Part shown: piece after piece, positions 36,903 through 49,017 of the stretch
Position numbering within the stretch: the stretch's first letter is position 1
How the letters are laid out: each line of letters opens with the position of its first letter
DNA from: Parasitella parasitica NRRL 2501
Taxonomy: Eukaryota > Fungi > Mucoromycota
DNA: 64,000 nucleotides
Direction of reading: 5' to 3'
Assembly (NCBI GenBank): GCA_025201805.1
Contig: MU619355.1
Coordinates: 36,496-100,495, forward strand
The notes under the pieces: model-generated
The model's input: the letters and a program-made list of their open reading frames with translations, nothing else
Told to the model about the DNA's origin: nothing
Databases searched by the model: none
Position numbers and translations under genes: made by a program

Positions 36903-37330
36903 GATGGTAATTATCTCTTTTGATTTGAGGNNNNNNNNNNNNNNNNNNNNNNNNNNNNNNNNNNNNNNNNNNNNNNNNNNNNNNNNNNNNNNNNNNNNNN
37001 NNNNNNNNNNNNNNNNNNNNNNNNNNNNNNNNNNNNNNNNNNNNNNNNNNNNNNNNNNNNNNNNNNNNNNNNNNNNNNNNNNNNNNNNNNNNNNNNNNNN
37101 NNNNNNNNNNNNNNNNNNNNNNNNNNNNNNNNNNNNNNNNNNNNNNNNNNNNNNNTTTCTTTTTTTTCTAGCTCGAAAAGAGTAAAAATGGGATGGAACA
37201 CTAGCTGTGGATATTCTCGTGTCGTTTTGGGTATTGATAATTATACAGGGAAAAAGAAAAACTTTCCAAAATACAGGATATATATTAGGCCAAGTTTAAT
37301 GGATATAGTAGTCTCGAACAATGATCAGCA

Positions 37331-39197
37331 CTACCTGCGTTCCTTTCTAGGTGGCTCTCTAACAGGACCGGCTCGTAGTGGCGATGAGCTTGCAGTACTA
37401 TCATTGTCTATGGCGTGGCGAGAAGCCGCAAAACTTTGCCAGTGAGATGGGACATCAGACTCCTTTTTGACGTCTGTCTGGGGTGCGGTGCTGACAGCAT
37501 CTGCTCTGGGTGTCTGCTCTTTGTCTTCAATCTCGCTGTCATCATCGGATTCGTCTGCATCAGCAAATCGATCCTCCTCGTTGTCTCTTTCAGAGTCACT
37601 TTGCCAATCACCATTCCCGCTGATCCCTTGTGTGCTGTTTTTATCCTCATTGCTTTCCTGTCCATTCATTTCATTTATGTTGCCAGGTTCGTTTGCGGCA
37701 TTCTGATTGCTATCTCGTCTATCGATGTCATGTTTGCTGAGGCTATTATCATGGTTGATGGCATTCTCAGTCACAGGCGTTCTATTTGGGGTGGCTGCTT
37801 GAGGCTGTTCCTCTTTGTCTACTGCATCATCTGCAGAGTCTCCCTCCTTGGGCCCGCGGTCCTGCTTTGCTCCATCTTTTTCTGCCCTCCTAGAGCTCTT
37901 TTTACTCTTCTTCTTTTTGGATCTCCTGTCTCTTTCAGTAGTGCGTCGTGGACTGGAATCATTAGAGACTAAAAAGCCAGGGATAGGCGATGTCGGATTA
38001 ATGTAAGGCACGGCGAATGTAGGTTTATCCATCATGCTTGTGTAGGGCATCACTATCCAGATTGGAGGATTACCTACGGCTGGCTTTGTTGTTATAGCTG
38101 CTGGCACTGCTGCTGGAGCTCGAGTATCTTCAGATTGCTGATTCTGCTCGACTTGCTGATTCTTCTCAGGTTGCTCATTCTGCTCAGGTTGCTCATTCTG
38201 CTCAGATTGTTCATTCTGCTCGGCTTGCTCATTCTGCTCGGCTTGTTCATTCTGTTCGGCTTGCTCATTCTGCTCAGCTTGCTCACTTTGCTCAGCTTGT
38301 TCACTTTGCTCCGCTTGCTGATTCTGCTGAGAATGTTGATTTTCCATGTGTTGCAGGTAAAGACCTTGCGTGCTCAAGTGATGAGCGAGCGTCATGATGT
38401 CCTTGAAGGTGGTTGTAAATCCGTCAGCAACAGGTTCGTTTACCTGGTCGCACAGATCTCGGCTTATCTTTCTCGCAATTTCTTTCGAACCGTCAGTATC
38501 ATCGTGCGAGTCGCTCGGTACTTTTCCCATGGAGCTAGCGACCAATTTATCAGCAAGATAAGCAATGGCCTCGGGCTCAATAGAAGGATAAGCACCTGAA
38601 ATAAAATGAAGGAAACCTTGTTGAGCAAGACGAACTAGATAAAAGAATTGGAGGACGGCAAAAAGCTCTCTTTCTCGAAGAGGCCCCTCTTTCTGCATGT
38701 TTTCTTGTTGGCAACCCGTAGTAGACAAGTCTTTTTTTTTTTTTTTTTTTTTTTTNNNNNNNNNNNNNNNNNNNNNNNNNNNNNNNNNNNNNNNNNNNNN
38801 NNNNNNNNNNNNNNNNNNNNNNNNNNNNNNNNNNNNNNNNNNNNNNNNNNNNNNNNNNNNNNNNNNNNNNNNNNNNNNNNNNNNNNNNNNNNNNNNNNNN
38901 NNNNNNNNNNNNNNNNNNNNNNNNNNNNNNNNNNNNNNNNNNNNNNNNNNNNNNNNNNNNNNNNNNNNNNNNNNNNNNNNNNNNNTCACAGCGAGAACCA
39001 AATCAGTAAAGTTGCAGAGTCAAATCGCATGGTGTATACTCTACCGCATTGTCTTCTGCTTCAGCGATTTCGTTGTTCAGGAAAGCTGCAACTCGCATAC
39101 CTGATTTTTTACCAAGATCTGAAGGATGGATTTTGCTCATGTTGTCTGTAGGATGAACCATTCCCGAGCAAAAAGAAAATGCGTTTCGCTTTGACAT
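37331..39197 (-). CDS. Hypothetical protein with helical N-region, (EQ[AS]EQ[NS])n repeats and disordered C-terminus; interrupted by an assembly gap
   Basis: Long open frame 37331-38730 plus upstream exon near 39040-39197; exact start and end uncertain. Confidence 0.6.
38131..38330 (-). repeat. Coding 18-bp (hexapeptide) tandem repeat, ~10 units
   Basis: EQSEQA EQSEQA EQNEQA EQNEQA EQNEQA EQNEQS EQNEQP EQNEQP EKNQQV EQNQQS. Confidence 0.85.
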
Positions 39198-39399
39198 GCT
39201 GGCAAGCTTGCTTTTGAAGTATTTCAAGGCGGTCACAGTTGTGCGTCACCTTGGAAAAAAAAACATTGAACATTTCAGAGATCACATTAATCTCATTATA
39301 TAACTTTTTTTCTCTCTCTCTCTCTCTCTCACTATTGTGCTTGCAACAGCATTAGTCCATCAGTTGCATAATAGCAAGTTTTTTTTTTTGAATTCTGTT

Positions 39400-39521
39400 A
39401 TGGTAAGAGGCGCAAGTGGAAGCAAACCGAATCTAACTTCAATGAATCATGAAATAACACAGTATCAACAGATTTACGACAATTATGGGCAGCATCACCC
39501 ACAGCAGCAGCAACAGCAACG

Positions 39522-39554
<33 letters not shown>

Positions 39555-40873
39555 ACAGCAGCAGCAGCAGGAGGATGATCATGTGAACCCAAGCAAGTCC
39601 ATTTTTCTTCATGAGAATGATTCGAATCCATCTCATTTCTCCCCTCCGTTACCTGGTGCTTTTGCAGTAAGATACCCTTCATTTGATGCCTCCAGCTTTG
39701 ACCAACAGCCGCCCTCACACTACAATCAATCTCAATCATCAAGCCAAGCAGACGACCCTTCGTCTATACATGCGTTCAACAATTTTCACGCCGTAAATGT
39801 TTATTTAAATGTATCTGCCATTTTAGTATATTAAGACTTTCTATATTTTATAGTTGAGTTCGCCTCAAGATTTAGTTGCAAGTTTGACTAGTACGCCGGT
39901 GTTTAGCCATGTCGAAATTGGACAAGACTCAAGCTCCTCATCAACCGTAACAACAACTGCCACCATTCTCCCGCCTCTTAATACGACGCCGATAATCATG
40001 GCTCCCTTACAACATCATCAAACTACATCACATCAAACCTATCTTTTAGCACAAAAGAAGCCGTTAAAAGGGTCTCCTCGGCCATCTCGAGAGCGGGCGC
40101 CGTGGACTCCTGAAGAGGATAAGCTGCTCAGGCTGGCAGTGCAGTTATATGGAGACAAGACTGAAAAGTGGGCCAAGATTGCTGCTTGCGTTCCGGGTCG
40201 TACTAATAAGAATTGCAGAAAGCGCTGGTTTCATTCGCTTGATCCATCCTTGCGCAAAGGTGCGTGGACGGAAGAGGAGGATCAACTGCTGCGAGAAGGT
40301 GTGAGCAAGTACCCGAATCAATGGAGCAAAATTGCAGACATGTTGCCAGGCCGCACGGATGATCAATGCGCAAAACGCTGGCGGGAGAGTTTGGATCCAA
40401 GCATCGACAGGTCCGAGTGGACAGCTACCGAGGATTTGTTACTGATGGAAAAATATGAAGAGTACGGATCACAGTGGCAAAAGATTGCCTTCTTTTTTGA
40501 CGGACGGCCTGGGCTTCACTGTCGTAATAGATGGCGTAAATTGCAGCGCATGATCCAGGTGAAAAAGGATAAAGAAGGGAACGCTAATGCGCCGTTTTTT
40601 AATACAATGGCGGGAGAGCAGCCGCTTCGATTTCAGCATGCAAATTCTACATCTTTAGCATCTTCCTCGAAAAGTATCCCAGTCATCAATACCTCAAATA
40701 ACGGCATCTCTACTGCAAGCTTACAATCACAAACAACAAATCATATCCCACACACAATGACCTCGACGGATGCATCGCAGTCATTTCAGCAAATAACAAC
40801 TTTGTTGCAACAACAGCAGCATCAACTACAGCAACAACATCAACAGCAACAACAGCAACAACAGCAACAACAT

Positions 40874-40905
<32 letters not shown>

Positions 40906-41377
40906 ACTACATCAGCAACAGCAAGACCCATCCGTTTTAGCACAATTTCACAACCATGTCCAGGCTCCAGAAGAGTTTGATGAATACGGGAATGGTGTCA
41001 AACCTTATGGGTGTGATGTGCCTGGATGTTTTGCTGTCTTTGCAGACTCATCAGGGTTGTTTTATCATATGAAAAACAACCACCCCAACTTGGAAGGAGT
41101 AGGGAAACCATTCAGATGTGCCATGGCCAACTGTACAAAAAAATACAAAAACATCAACGGATTACAATATCACATCAAGGACGCCAAGGGAACAACAGGG
41201 CATGGTGGAGGGATATTGGCAGATGATGATCGCCCCTACCGTTGTATGATAGGAGCTTGCAAAAAGGCGTACCGTACAGCGAGTGGATTTAGATATCATC
41301 AGCAAAACGGCCATCAAGTGCCACCGTCATCGTCTGTTTCACTATCTGCTTCGGCACCACTAGAGCAGCAGCAATAC

Positions 41378-41410
<33 letters not shown>

Positions 41411-41452
41411 TTTCGCATGAAGCGAGCAAAATGGGTTATGGATGGTGTCTAA
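39400..41452 (+). CDS. Transcription factor with three MYB repeats (Bas1-like), C2H2 zinc fingers (Sfp1-like) and polyQ tracts
   Basis: WTPEED..GRTNKNCRKRW; WTEEED..GRTDDQCAKRW; WTATED..HCRNRW; KPYGCDVPGC..YHMKNNH; KPFRCAMANCTKKYKNINGLQYH; RPYRCMIGACKKAY..YHQQNGH; intron ending at 39853. Confidence 0.88.
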
Positions 41453-43363
41453 TTTTGCTTTATATTTGTTTTTTTTGATTTTTCTCTTGTACACTACTTT
41501 TTTTTTTTTTATATTTTCTTTTTAATTTTCTACTATTGCTAATATTCTTACCATTATTATTTATTATATATATTCATGTATATGCATATACTTCAACGAT
41601 AACAATTGCTTGCTTTTCTTTTCTTTTCGTAATAACAATCGCTTTTTTNNNNNNNNNNNNNCCCCCCCCCTAAACAACGCATTGCCTTCAAAAGTAAACT
41701 GACCAATAAAATCGCCTTTTTGAACCAGTAATACGTGGCCAATCATATTGTTGTGTGGGATTTATTGCTTCCTGAAACCAGGTTCACTTTGGGTTGTGTG
41801 GTAGGCTATTTAGGTAGGCTACCCAAGGCTACTCAAGGCTACTTGATGAATGGTGCCCATATTTCTCTACATGAACAATGCTATAAGACTTGACCTTGCA
41901 GCAACTTTGGTCTTGATTCGTAACGATGATAGTTTGGATTTTGATGACTTGAATGTAGACCCATCTTTGGGCATTATTGTGGGGACAGTTGTAGGCTGTC
42001 AGATTGATGGTCATGTATTTTACAGCAGAAACACCATAAATAAAGGAAGATATTCAGCCTTGGATGGCAGTTTTATGCGTGTAAAGCATGCAGCCTTGAT
42101 ATTCTGTTTCAAGGTCAGTTTTTAAGCCGACAACTTTCAGCTGTCATTTACCCTTGTTGCTCCCCTCATGAAAAATCGGCTTTTTTTTCACGAAAATCAT
42201 CTTGAAAAACGGCCTACATCTGTGAGGGAAAACAATGTGTATGTATGATACTATACAATATTTTTGCTGCTGCACCTACTAGAAATTCATGCTTTACAAT
42301 AAATAACTTTATATCGTTGCTTTGGATTTGAGGGTTATATGTTGAAAAATTAGAAATTGTTATTGACGTACACTGTTTTCCGCCGGAAAAAAAAAACCAG
42401 AACGACCGCTGCGAGGGATTTTTGTACAAGCTATTCGAAGCTTAGCAATGCAATTCATAACTGATGTCATTTTATGGAGCGGAAAGATGTCGAAATGGGA
42501 ACTATGAAAAGACAGATAGTACGGTACCAAGGCTTTCCGACTTTGCGAAAATATTCGAGTAGCAAAATTTTGTAGCCATAATGTCAGCCGTAATATTGCC
42601 TCGGCCACTGATTCTCTCCAACCAAACCGGGATTTGCTGAAAATGCCTTGGCATATATTTATATTAGCAGATTGAGTTGGAGGGACTTGGGTTTGGTAAT
42701 CAGGATCGCGGATTTAGGACATTCTCATCTAGTCCAAATTACTCATTGAGTCGGCGGCGGGGTACTCCTGCTTTAAAATCAAGCATGTATTGGACATTAT
42801 GATACTACCTAGCTATCTTACGATGTTGCGCAAGATGTACGTGCATACGGATGCTCATTTTGATTTGCAGTGTCGTAGCAAAAAGAAGCAGCATATAGTT
42901 TTTATAAAAAGTATAATGCAGATAGGGAAGCAAGCGTACACATATGGCTGGNNNNNNNNNNNNNNNNNNNNNNNNNNNNNNNNNNNNNNNNNNNNNNNNN
43001 NNNNNNNNNNNNNNNNNNNNNNNNNNNNNNNNNNNNNNNNNNNNNNNNNNNNNNNNNNNNNNNNNNNNNNNNNNNNNNNNNNNNNNNNNNNNNNNNNNNN
43101 NNNNNNNNNNNNNNNNNNNNNNNNNNNNNNNNNNNNNNNNNNNNNNNNNNNNNNNNNNNNNNNNNNNNNNNNNNNNNNNNNNNNNNNNNNNNNNNNNNNN
43201 NNNNNNNNNNNNNNNNNNNNNNNNNNNNNNNNNNNNNNNNNNNNNNNNNNNNNNNNNNNNNNNNNNNNNNNNNNNNNNNNNAAGTTCTCAAATCGAGTCT
43301 TTTTTGGTTTTTTTTCAATCCTCCTGGTCAAGCTTGCGTTTCTTATTCTAATAAAAGAGTTGG

Positions 43364-45317
<1,954 letters not shown>

Positions 45318-45638
45318 GGTTTACAGTTATGAAATGAGATAGCGAAAGAAAAAAANNNNNNNNNNNNNNNNNNNNNNNNNNNNNNNNNNNNNNNNNNNNN
45401 NNNNNNNNNNNNNNNNNNNNNNNNNNNNNNNNNNNNNNNNNNNNNNNNNNNNNNNNNNNNNNNNNNNNNNNNNNNNNNNNNNNNNNNNNNNNNNNNNNNN
45501 NNNNNNNNNNNNNNNNNNNNNNNNNNNNNNNNNNNNNNNNNNNNNNNNNNNNNNNNNNNNNNNNNNNNNNNNNNNNNNNNNNNNNNNNNNNNNNNNNNNN
45601 NNNNNNNNNNNNNNNAAAAACTACTTTATTGTTGTTGT

Positions 45639-48600
45639 TCAACTTGGTATTTGACTTTTGAGGAAACCCAATACAAGAGGCACCATTGAGTTTTGCACAA
45701 CCAGCTTGACAATCTCATGGCCCCGCTTTGTAACCACGTTCGCAGTAGTGGAGGTAGTTGTCGTGGTAACGACGGCATTGCGGTCCTCTTCCTTTTTCTT
45801 GGGCAGGAGCAGTCGCATTGCTCTGCCATGTTTGTCTTCGTATTCTGAGGAAGGGCTATTTGCTAGCGCATTACCGTTTGCACTGGCTGTGGTATTTTTG
45901 CTGGAGCTTGTGCGAGCGGTTCCCTTCTTGACCTCGTCCGCCAAAAGTACCTCCTTGAGCACCTGTAGAGCTACACGAGCCTCAGAGCTCATACTGTGCA
46001 ACTGCGAAACGCTCTTCTCATTCCGGTCTTCGTTCACGTAGCCGCTCAGTTTCTTCAAAGTCTCGAGCCATTGAATGCGCTCTTCCTCTGTCTCGACACT
46101 GAATGTGTACTTGCGATTGACCATGATGGGCCTCTCTGCTTCCTCGTCGTCGCCGTCGCCGTCGCCGTCGTGCTCTTTTTCATCCCGGTTTCTGCGCGTG
46201 GCATTCCTCGATTTCTTGACAGACTTCATGTTGGTGTCGTCCTCCTTTTTGCGGGTGCCCTCTTCCTCTTCGATCAACATCTTTTTCTTGTCTTTGTCAT
46301 GATCGACATGCTTGAATCCGATTTGGAAAGTGTATCGCATAAACGGCCTCTCGACAACGACGCTCTTGGTTCTGGGCAACGTAGGACTGACGTAGTTGCC
46401 AGCGTTCTCGCCAGTCTTGATAAACATGAGCGACGTCCTGCCCAAGGTATTTCCGGTGATGGTGAATGTCTGGATGCACGAGTTGGAAAAGTCCAGCACA
46501 TTGGGCTCAAACGCCAAATCTTGGCCGCGTAGCTTTATCTGCAGCCCTTTATCAGGTGCTGGGATCGATATGGTAATGGGATTCGATGCAAGTCCCTTGG
46601 TGAGCCTAGTAGGTAATCGATGTGGGGTCACTGTGATAACTACGTCCTGTGAGCCTTGTTGCACAGACGGCGAGACGGTTTTGGGTCTCCCTACTCCGCC
46701 GTCCTGAGTAGACTGAATTCGCCTGCCAGTCTTATTGTCCCATCCCGTCTCAAGCCTCTCCTCGCCAATCGACTTGTACATCTCCTCCATGAATTCACGG
46801 GGCACTAGGCGATACTGGTCGTAGTAGTCCCAGCGCTCTAGAAAGTCATTGAGCGACGGCTGGCTGTTGCCCCGCGCCCGCAAAGACATAATGTAGTGCA
46901 ATGGCTCCACAGCCACGCTTTGGCGAGGCCTGGAAGCAGTCGTAGCCGACGTCGAGGGCTTTTGCACGGTGTTTGGTCGCTGGTAGTCCATCACGCTCAT
47001 CTTGCGCTTAGCCTGACGGTCCTGACGTTCCTTGAGTTCACGAGCATACCAAAACACATCTCTCTCCGAGGTAGCATCGTACCAAAATTCAGCATTCAGG
47101 AACAGCATGGCAACGACGACTTTGACAACCATATCTTCATGGAACTTGATGACGTTCTGGTTGGCATCGTGCCACTTTTTAGCGAAACGCTCGATCAGAT
47201 ACTCTAAAGCTTCCCAGTTGCTAGGCAGTCGAAATGTTGTCAGTAGAATGCGCAATGCTTCGTCCAGTCGCAACCCCACTAGACGGAAGCACTCTAAAAA
47301 TGCATCATAAACATCGCTGTTCTTCAGATCTGACAAGTAGTAGCCCAGCTGGCGACGGTTGAGGTCAGGTGTCTTGAACAGAAAGTTGGCAATGCTAAGG
47401 GGATCGTTAGTCAATACGCCCTTGTCTATCAGATATTCGATGCCAAGTTTTGCATTGGTCTCGAATTTCCGCAGTGCAGAAGCCATGATGGGGTGGATTT
47501 TGCGAGCAGGAGGCAGGATGGGTCGGCCGTTGGGCCCAATGTCAACTGTAGTCGGACCTGAATTGGACGCATTGTACAGGTCTTCCTTGCTGATGTGCAG
47601 CGTCAACTGGCCCAGCTGGACAATGTTCTTGACCTGAAACAGCGAGTGTTCGTTGGGCCTAAAGCGGTATCTGTTCTTTTCTTGGCTATTTCTCTTGGAG
47701 CTGGAGCTGACAATAATGTTTTCGTCCATGATGGGTTTGCAAATCAAGAGCAAATCGCTGAACAAAAAGAGGTAGCGGTCTTTGACGGTGTTTGCATTGA
47801 CGACTTGGAACACTGGGGTATGTAGTAGATGTTGTCTGGGAGGGTCTGGTAATGGCTTTGTGGCCTTGGGCAAGCTCTGAGGAGGATGGGGTGGAGAAGG
47901 AAGAGGAAGAGAAAGAGAAGGAGGAGGAGAAGAAGAAGAAGGAGGAGGTGCTGGCGGTGCTGGCGGTGCTGTGGTCAGCAGATGCTTGATCCTCTCTACA
48001 GAGGGTGAAAATTTGGGCGCTTCTTCATACATGTCTGCATAATTTTGCGGCTTCATAAGGTCAAAAATGCCGTCTGCCTTGAGACGAGTCGCACTGGAGG
48101 GAGCATTGCTAGTTGGTGGATATGACAATGGCGAACGAGACCGCAGTGATCGCTGTGAAAGCGGCAGCTGTAGTTTCTCCAAAGTCATGGTGGTGTCTTC
48201 TTCGTCAGAAAGTTCAATGTCGCTGTCCTCGGCACGCTGTTTTTTCTTTTGACCCTGAGTTGCACTCGCAGGAGAAACCGACTCTTCGTCGTCATCCGTG
48301 TTTAAACGGGCACAAGAACTGCCGACTCTTTCTTTTTCATAGCGGTGTCGCAGCGACTTGTACAGAGAGCTATCGATCTCTGCAGCTGTTGAGAAAGAGG
48401 GTGTAATGAACGGCGACATGCCGTAATGCGAATCGATATCAAACGAGCCTGGACTAAACGAATCCTCTGGTAGTCTGACCTTTTCCCAGTTGCTGAATGA
48501 GCTTGGAACAGCCACTCCACGCTCTATAAGTCGCTGTGTGAACGAATGGCCGTTGCTGCTGCCTACTGAGCTGGTTGAATTTTTACGGCCATTCGGTCTG

Positions 48601-48707
48601 GTTAAATCGAAACCGTCGGGTTTGCCGTATATCGAGAATTCACGATGATTCGATCGTTCGTTTGGAGGCGCAAGTTCAGAATTAGAAGAGTCAGTGTCTT
48701 TACTCAT
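45639..48707 (-). CDS. Intronless ~1022-aa Sec7-domain protein with split PH domain (probable pseudo Arf-GEF)
   Basis: KFETNAKLGIEYL..IANFLFKTPDLNRRQLGYYL..LRLDEALRILLTTFRLP Sec7 core; PH halves KDRYLFLFSDLLLICK and YTFSVETEEERIQWLETLK. Confidence 0.88.
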   Translation of the reverse strand: MSKDTDSSNSELAPPNERSNHREFSIYGKPDGFDLTRPNGRKNSTSSVGSSNGHSFTQRLIERGVAVPSSFSNWEKVRLPEDSFSPGSFDIDSHYGMSPFITPSFSTAAEIDSSLYKSLRHRYEKERVGSSCARLNTDDDEESVSPASATQGQKKKQRAEDSDIELSDEEDTTMTLEKLQLPLSQRSLRSRSPLSYPPTSNAPSSATRLKADGIFDLMKPQNYADMYEEAPKFSPSVERIKHLLTTAPPAPPAPPPSSSSPPPSLSLPLPSPPHPPQSLPKATKPLPDPPRQHLLHTPVFQVVNANTVKDRYLFLFSDLLLICKPIMDENIIVSSSSKRNSQEKNRYRFRPNEHSLFQVKNIVQLGQLTLHISKEDLYNASNSGPTTVDIGPNGRPILPPARKIHPIMASALRKFETNAKLGIEYLIDKGVLTNDPLSIANFLFKTPDLNRRQLGYYLSDLKNSDVYDAFLECFRLVGLRLDEALRILLTTFRLPSNWEALEYLIERFAKKWHDANQNVIKFHEDMVVKVVVAMLFLNAEFWYDATSERDVFWYARELKERQDRQAKRKMSVMDYQRPNTVQKPSTSATTASRPRQSVAVEPLHYIMSLRARGNSQPSLNDFLERWDYYDQYRLVPREFMEEMYKSIGEERLETGWDNKTGRRIQSTQDGGVGRPKTVSPSVQQGSQDVVITVTPHRLPTRLTKGLASNPITISIPAPDKGLQIKLRGQDLAFEPNVLDFSNSCIQTFTITGNTLGRTSLMFIKTGENAGNYVSPTLPRTKSVVVERPFMRYTFQIGFKHVDHDKDKKKMLIEEEEGTRKKEDDTNMKSVKKSRNATRRNRDEKEHDGDGDGDDEEAERPIMVNRKYTFSVETEEERIQWLETLKKLSGYVNEDRNEKSVSQLHSMSSEARVALQVLKEVLLADEVKKGTARTSSSKNTTASANGNALANSPSSEYEDKHGRAMRLLLPKKKEEDRNAVVTTTTTSTTANVVTKRGHEIVKLVVQNSMVPLVLGFLKSQIPS

Positions 48708-49017
48708 GTCGACAACAAAGAATAGGGAGGGTATATATATGAGGAAGAAGAAGAAGAAGAAAAAAAAAAAAACATATTGAATTGCAGATACGCTTATTTG
48801 GTCGCACAGAATTGCGCTGTTCCCTTGGGGTTTATAAAGCCTACCGCTGCTTTTACAATTGATTTTCAAGCACGGCCTAATGATGATTGCTCCTGGGGGT
48901 TTATTGAAGAAAGCTAAATGGTTACAGATAAAAAGTAAATGAACAAAAAATGGGTGTTTTCGGTTATGGTAAAACTACACAAAAAAAAACAAAAAAAGAT
49001 CATAAAGATCTTGGGAA

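Noticed and set aside
41850-42125. Short ORF vaguely like a CACTA-type transposase C-terminal fragment
   Set aside because: Too short and divergent to support without a search
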